From Opitutales bacterium (GTDB lineage: Bacteria; Verrucomicrobiota; Verrucomicrobiia; Opitutales; JBHJGM01), in the NCBI GenBank assembly GCA_050331815.1, contig JBHJGM010000004.1:138494-202493 (forward strand): DNA of 64,000 bases, written 5' to 3'. The notes under the pieces are model-generated. The model did no database searches and had not been told where the DNA came from. It worked only from the letters and a program-made list of their open reading frames with translations. A program made the position numbers and the translations under genes. Shown piece after piece: positions 60,580 to 64,000 of the stretch (position 1 is the first letter of the stretch; each line of letters starts with the position of its first letter).

Positions 60580-62160
60580 TCAGGCGGCAGGGGTCTTGGT
60601 GCCGTTTGTTTTGGCGTCTTTGCCGGTCTCCCCCTGAGTCCCGTTCGCAGCGGGCGTGTTGGCATCGATGGCAGCCGCTTGTGCCTTATTAGCGTCTTTG
60701 GCAGAGGCAGCATCTTTTGCAGAGGCTTCAGCTTCGGAGTGGCGCTTTTTGAGCCAGGAGCGGAATTGGCCCCCTTGCCACTTGGGCAGATGACGGACCG
60801 ACTGCCAGGCCCCGGCCGCTGGTACAATATTGAGGAGCCCGTGCGGGGTTACGTTGAGGGCGTGGCCCATTTTGAGGGCGTTGCGCCAGGCCCAGGGCTG
60901 GCTGGCAAGCATCCCAAACATGCCCATGGGCGGTGTTCCAGCCATGGCCTGGCTGGCCCCCTCGCGCTTGCCCCGGTCGCGCAGGCGCAGGAGCAGATCG
61001 GGAATCGGTATGTTGACGGGGCACACCTCGTTGCAGGCCCCGCACAGCGAGGACGCCTTGGGCAGGTCGGCCATTTCCGGAAACTTGGGGCCGGCCAGCA
61101 GTGGGCTGAGGACGGCACCGACCGGGCCCGGATAGACGGCGCGGTAGGCATGACCGCTGGCCGCGCGGTAAACCGGGCAGACGTTGAGGCAGGCACCGCA
61201 GCGGATGCAGCGCAAAATCTCGCGGCAGCTGCTGGCGAGGACTTCGGTGCGGCGGTTGTCGAGAAAGATGACGTGCATCTGCTCGGGCCCGTGGGGCTGG
61301 CCTTGATCGCGGGGCCCGTTGATAAACTGGTTGTAGACCGTGAGTTGCTGGCCGGTGCCGGAGCGCCCAATCAGGCTGGTGAGCAGGCCGAGGTCCTTGT
61401 CAGTGGGGACCAGCTTTTCGATGCCGACGATGGCGATGTGTATCGGCGTAGCGGCCATGCAGAAGCGGGCGTTGCCTTCGTTGGTCACGATGGCGATGCG
61501 GCCGCTTTCGGCGGAGACGAAATTGGCCCCGGTCATGCCAACGTCGGCTTCCAGGTATTTGCGGCGCAGATGGTGACGGGCGCGCTGGGTGATCGTCTGC
61601 GGGTCGTCGTTGTAGGCGCCGAGCCCTTCACGCTCGAAACTGCGGGCGATCTGCCGTCGGTTCTTATGGATGATCGGCTTGACGATGTGCGAGGGGTGGT
61701 CGTGGTCGATCTGGATGATGAACTCGCCCAGGTCGGTCTCCACGCTCTCGATGCCCTGCTTTTCGAGGAATTCGCCCAGGTGGATTTCCTCGCTGACCAT
61801 ACTCTTGGACTTCACGAGCTTGGTCGCCTTGTTCTGGCGAAAAATATCGAGAACGATCTGATTGGCGCGGTCGGCGTCGCGGGCGAAGTGCACCTGCGCG
61901 CCGTTTTTGATCAGGGCGGCTTCGGCCTGCTCCAGGTAACGGTCGAGGTGCTCCAGGGTGTGCTGCTTGATCAGTCCGGCGGTTTCGCGCAGACGGTCCG
62001 AGTAGCCTGGAAAGTCGCGCTCGAGCACAGAGTAACGCAGCTCGCTGGTTTTTTTGGAGCCGTCGTAAACCGATTCCGCCACCTCGCTGTCGAGGGTGGC
62101 GGCGTAGCGATCGATGTTTTGCGAAGTCTTGAGCACGGGGTCTTTCGGATAGAATAGCAC
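60580..62160 (-). CDS. lutB: LutB/LldF Fe-S subunit of lactate utilisation complex
   Basis: VKSKSMVSEE, ETDLGEFI, PSHIV.P, TNEGNA, CIRCGACLNVCP, SSLCGACNEVCP; start uncertain. Confidence 0.92.
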   Translation of the reverse strand: MLFYPKDPVLKTSQNIDRYAATLDSEVAESVYDGSKKTSELRYSVLERDFPGYSDRLRETAGLIKQHTLEHLDRYLEQAEAALIKNGAQVHFARDADRANQIVLDIFRQNKATKLVKSKSMVSEEIHLGEFLEKQGIESVETDLGEFIIQIDHDHPSHIVKPIIHKNRRQIARSFEREGLGAYNDDPQTITQRARHHLRRKYLEADVGMTGANFVSAESGRIAIVTNEGNARFCMAATPIHIAIVGIEKLVPTDKDLGLLTSLIGRSGTGQQLTVYNQFINGPRDQGQPHGPEQMHVIFLDNRRTEVLASSCREILRCIRCGACLNVCPVYRAASGHAYRAVYPGPVGAVLSPLLAGPKFPEMADLPKASSLCGACNEVCPVNIPIPDLLLRLRDRGKREGASQAMAGTPPMGMFGMLASQPWAWRNALKMGHALNVTPHGLLNIVPAAGAWQSVRHLPKWQGGQFRSWLKKRHSEAEASAKDAASAKDANKAQAAAIDANTPAANGTQGETGKDAKTNGTKTPAA

Positions 62161-62207
62161 GCAGTGGGCGGAAATTTCCAGCCCGCTTGGACGATTGCCA
62201 GAAGCGG

Positions 62208-62747
62208 CTAACTCATGGTCTTGAGCACCCAGGGAATGATTTTGCCGCGTTCGGAGCGAGAGATCTTCTCCATGGCGTTATCGGCCATGGTGACGAATTC
62301 CTCGAGGTCGTTGATGACCTTGTTGAAGCTCTGGGCCTCGCGGCTGCGGAGGCTGCCGGTGCGCTGCTGGCAGTCGCGGAGGGTTTCCAGCGCGGGTTCG
62401 ATTTCGCGGCGCTTGCGCTCGCGCACGATGATGCAAAACATCTTCCAGACGTCTTTTTCGGCCTCGAAGAACTCGCGACGTTCACCCCGGCGGGTCATGC
62501 GGCGGACGAGGCCCCAGCCGACGAGCTCGCGGAGGTTGGTGTTGGCGTTGCCGCGGCTGATGCGCAGCTCGTCCATGACGGAGTCGGTGTCCATCGGTTC
62601 GGGTGAGGCCATCAAGAGCGCATGAATCTGCGCCATGGTGCGGTTGATGCCCCAGGCACCGCCCATGGCACCCCACTGGGCGATAAAGGCGTCTTTGGCA
62701 TCGTTGAGTTCGGTTTGGGTCTTGGAAGTGGATGTGGCGGTGGCCAT
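62208..62747 (-). CDS. GbsR/MarR-family transcriptional regulator
   Basis: FIAQWGAMGGAWGINRTMAQIHALL, ISRGNAN.NLR.L..WGLV, GERREFF.AEKD.W. Confidence 0.9.
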   Translation of the reverse strand: MATATSTSKTQTELNDAKDAFIAQWGAMGGAWGINRTMAQIHALLMASPEPMDTDSVMDELRISRGNANTNLRELVGWGLVRRMTRRGERREFFEAEKDVWKMFCIIVRERKRREIEPALETLRDCQQRTGSLRSREAQSFNKVINDLEEFVTMADNAMEKISRSERGKIIPWVLKTMS

Positions 62748-62749
62748 AG

Positions 62750-62767
62750 TTTCAATATTTATTGAAA
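62750..62767. promoter_or_regulatory. Palindromic operator TTTCAATA-TT-TATTGAAA
   Basis: Perfect 8-bp AT-rich arms 2 bp upstream of the regulator ATG. Confidence 0.75.
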
Positions 62768-62881
62768 ACGATGAGCTTTCAGAACTGACCTGGCAAGGTT
62801 GCATTGGTGAAATTGCTGAAACAATCACCCGAACAGAGCTGGTGGCTTGCCAGGTCGGGGGCTTCGGCGTGAAGTCTTGGC

Positions 62882-63982
62882 GTGCCGGCGACGCAGACAG
62901 TCGATTTTTGTATCCTTGGGGGCGGGATTGCCGGCACAGTGCTGGCGCTGGAGTTGGAAGCACGGGGCAGCCGGGTGCGGTTAATCGACGCGGGGGAACC
63001 GGACAAGACAGCATCGCGGGTGGCGGCGGGCATCCTCAACCCCGTGACCGGCAAGCGGCTGGTCAAAAGCTGGCGGGCGGCAGAACTGCTGGCAGCGGCC
63101 CGGCAATGGTATCCGCGGATGGAGGCGCGGCTGGGAGCTTCGTTTTTTCGGTCGATAGAGATTCAGCGCATGTACCGCGACGCGTCGGAAATTCATCGCT
63201 GGCAAAAGCGCCAGGGCGACCCGGAGTACCGGGCTTTTTTGGGGGAGGCCACGGCGGCAGGTGGGCTGCACCCGGCGTTGCAGGACAGGCATGGAAGCTT
63301 TTCGATCACTCAGGCGGCAGTGCTGGAAACCGAGGATTTCTTGGAAGCGGCGCACCGCTACCTGCGCGATGCGCATGTGCTCCAGCACGCGGCGATGCCC
63401 TACGCCGAGGTCAAGCCGGGGGCGGCGACTGTTTCCTGGAAAAATCTGCGAGCGGGTTGTCTGATTTTTTGCGAGGGCTGGCGGCTGGGCACAAACCCCT
63501 GGTTTGACTGGGTGCCCCTGGAGCCGGCCAAGGGCGAAGTGCTGGAGGTGGAAACCTCGCTGGAGTTGCCGCCCAAAGTGTTTAACCGCGAAAAGTGGCT
63601 GTTGCCTCTGGAGAACGGGCGCTTGCGGCTGGGCTCGACCTGGGCTTGGGAGCACCTCGACACGCCGCCTTCGCCGCAGGGGCGCACGGCATTACTGGCG
63701 GGCCTGCGGGCCATGGTCGACCTGCCGGAAACAGCGCCACGGGTTGTGCGTCACCGCGCGGGGGTGCGCCCGGCGAGCAAGGACCGGCTGCCGGTGGTAG
63801 GGCGGCATCCCGAGCATCGCTGCCTGGCTGTTATGAATGGCCTGGGCTCGAAGGGAACCTTGTACGCGCCTTTTCTGGCGGGCCGTCTGGCGGACCAACT
63901 CATCGATGAAATGGCGCTTCCGGAAGCCGTCGAGGTGCGTCGCTATGCTCAACGTATCGAAAAAACGGATATCCCTCGCTAA
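62882..63982 (+). CDS. FAD-dependent oxidoreductase (DAO/glycine-oxidase/MnmC-C-like)
   Basis: ILGGGIAG, ASRVAAGILNPVTG, KGEVL, AGVRP..KDRLPVVG, NGLGSKG. Confidence 0.9.
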   Translation: MPATQTVDFCILGGGIAGTVLALELEARGSRVRLIDAGEPDKTASRVAAGILNPVTGKRLVKSWRAAELLAAARQWYPRMEARLGASFFRSIEIQRMYRDASEIHRWQKRQGDPEYRAFLGEATAAGGLHPALQDRHGSFSITQAAVLETEDFLEAAHRYLRDAHVLQHAAMPYAEVKPGAATVSWKNLRAGCLIFCEGWRLGTNPWFDWVPLEPAKGEVLEVETSLELPPKVFNREKWLLPLENGRLRLGSTWAWEHLDTPPSPQGRTALLAGLRAMVDLPETAPRVVRHRAGVRPASKDRLPVVGRHPEHRCLAVMNGLGSKGTLYAPFLAGRLADQLIDEMALPEAVEVRRYAQRIEKTDIPR

Positions 63983-64000
63983 TGGAAAAGCGCCTGACCG

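Noticed and set aside
53774-64000. Integrative element at tRNA-Leu
   Set aside because: No integrase, transposase or duplicated tRNA 3' end was seen; kept only as a low-interest accessory cluster.
63982-64000. ATG overlapping the oxidoreductase stop (MEKRLT...)
   Set aside because: Only six codons lie in the window; it is probably a coupled gene but cannot be identified.

Overview
A high-GC bacterial chromosomal segment, most likely Verrucomicrobiota (Opitutae-like), inferred from the Opitutae-style PEP-CTERM tails, a Minf_1886-like gene, a DUF4032-like gene and an SHD1-tailed enzyme. Housekeeping genes: dnaG-rpoD, tatA, an isolated nuoA, rpmG, mrp/apbC, tolB, acylphosphatase, rpmI-rplT-pheS-pheT-gatCAB and tRNA-Leu(TAG). 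Interleaved with these are two sulfatases, a GH30 hydrolase, an MCP, kefF-kefC, a PilGHI-like ABC trio, a troABCD-type metal ABC operon with a divergent DtxR/MntR regulator, lutBC with a GbsR-type regulator, and five PEP-CTERM proteins. I saw no CRISPR array, integrase, transposase or prophage. Best leads: (1) a PTS EIIA-diadenylate cyclase fusion directly behind the orphan nuoA; (2) a 57-aa ORF that is essentially a bare, PEP->PGP-altered PEP-CTERM sorting signal and shares a duplicated promoter and leader with the adjacent PEP-CTERM gene; (3) a PhoD homologue whose main metal-ligand motifs are replaced; (4) a metal-uptake locus with a permease-DtxR fusion, two CTTTGA-N4-TCAAAG operators and a standalone repressor whose ATG is out of frame. 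All family assignments come from motif recognition by eye; no searches were run.
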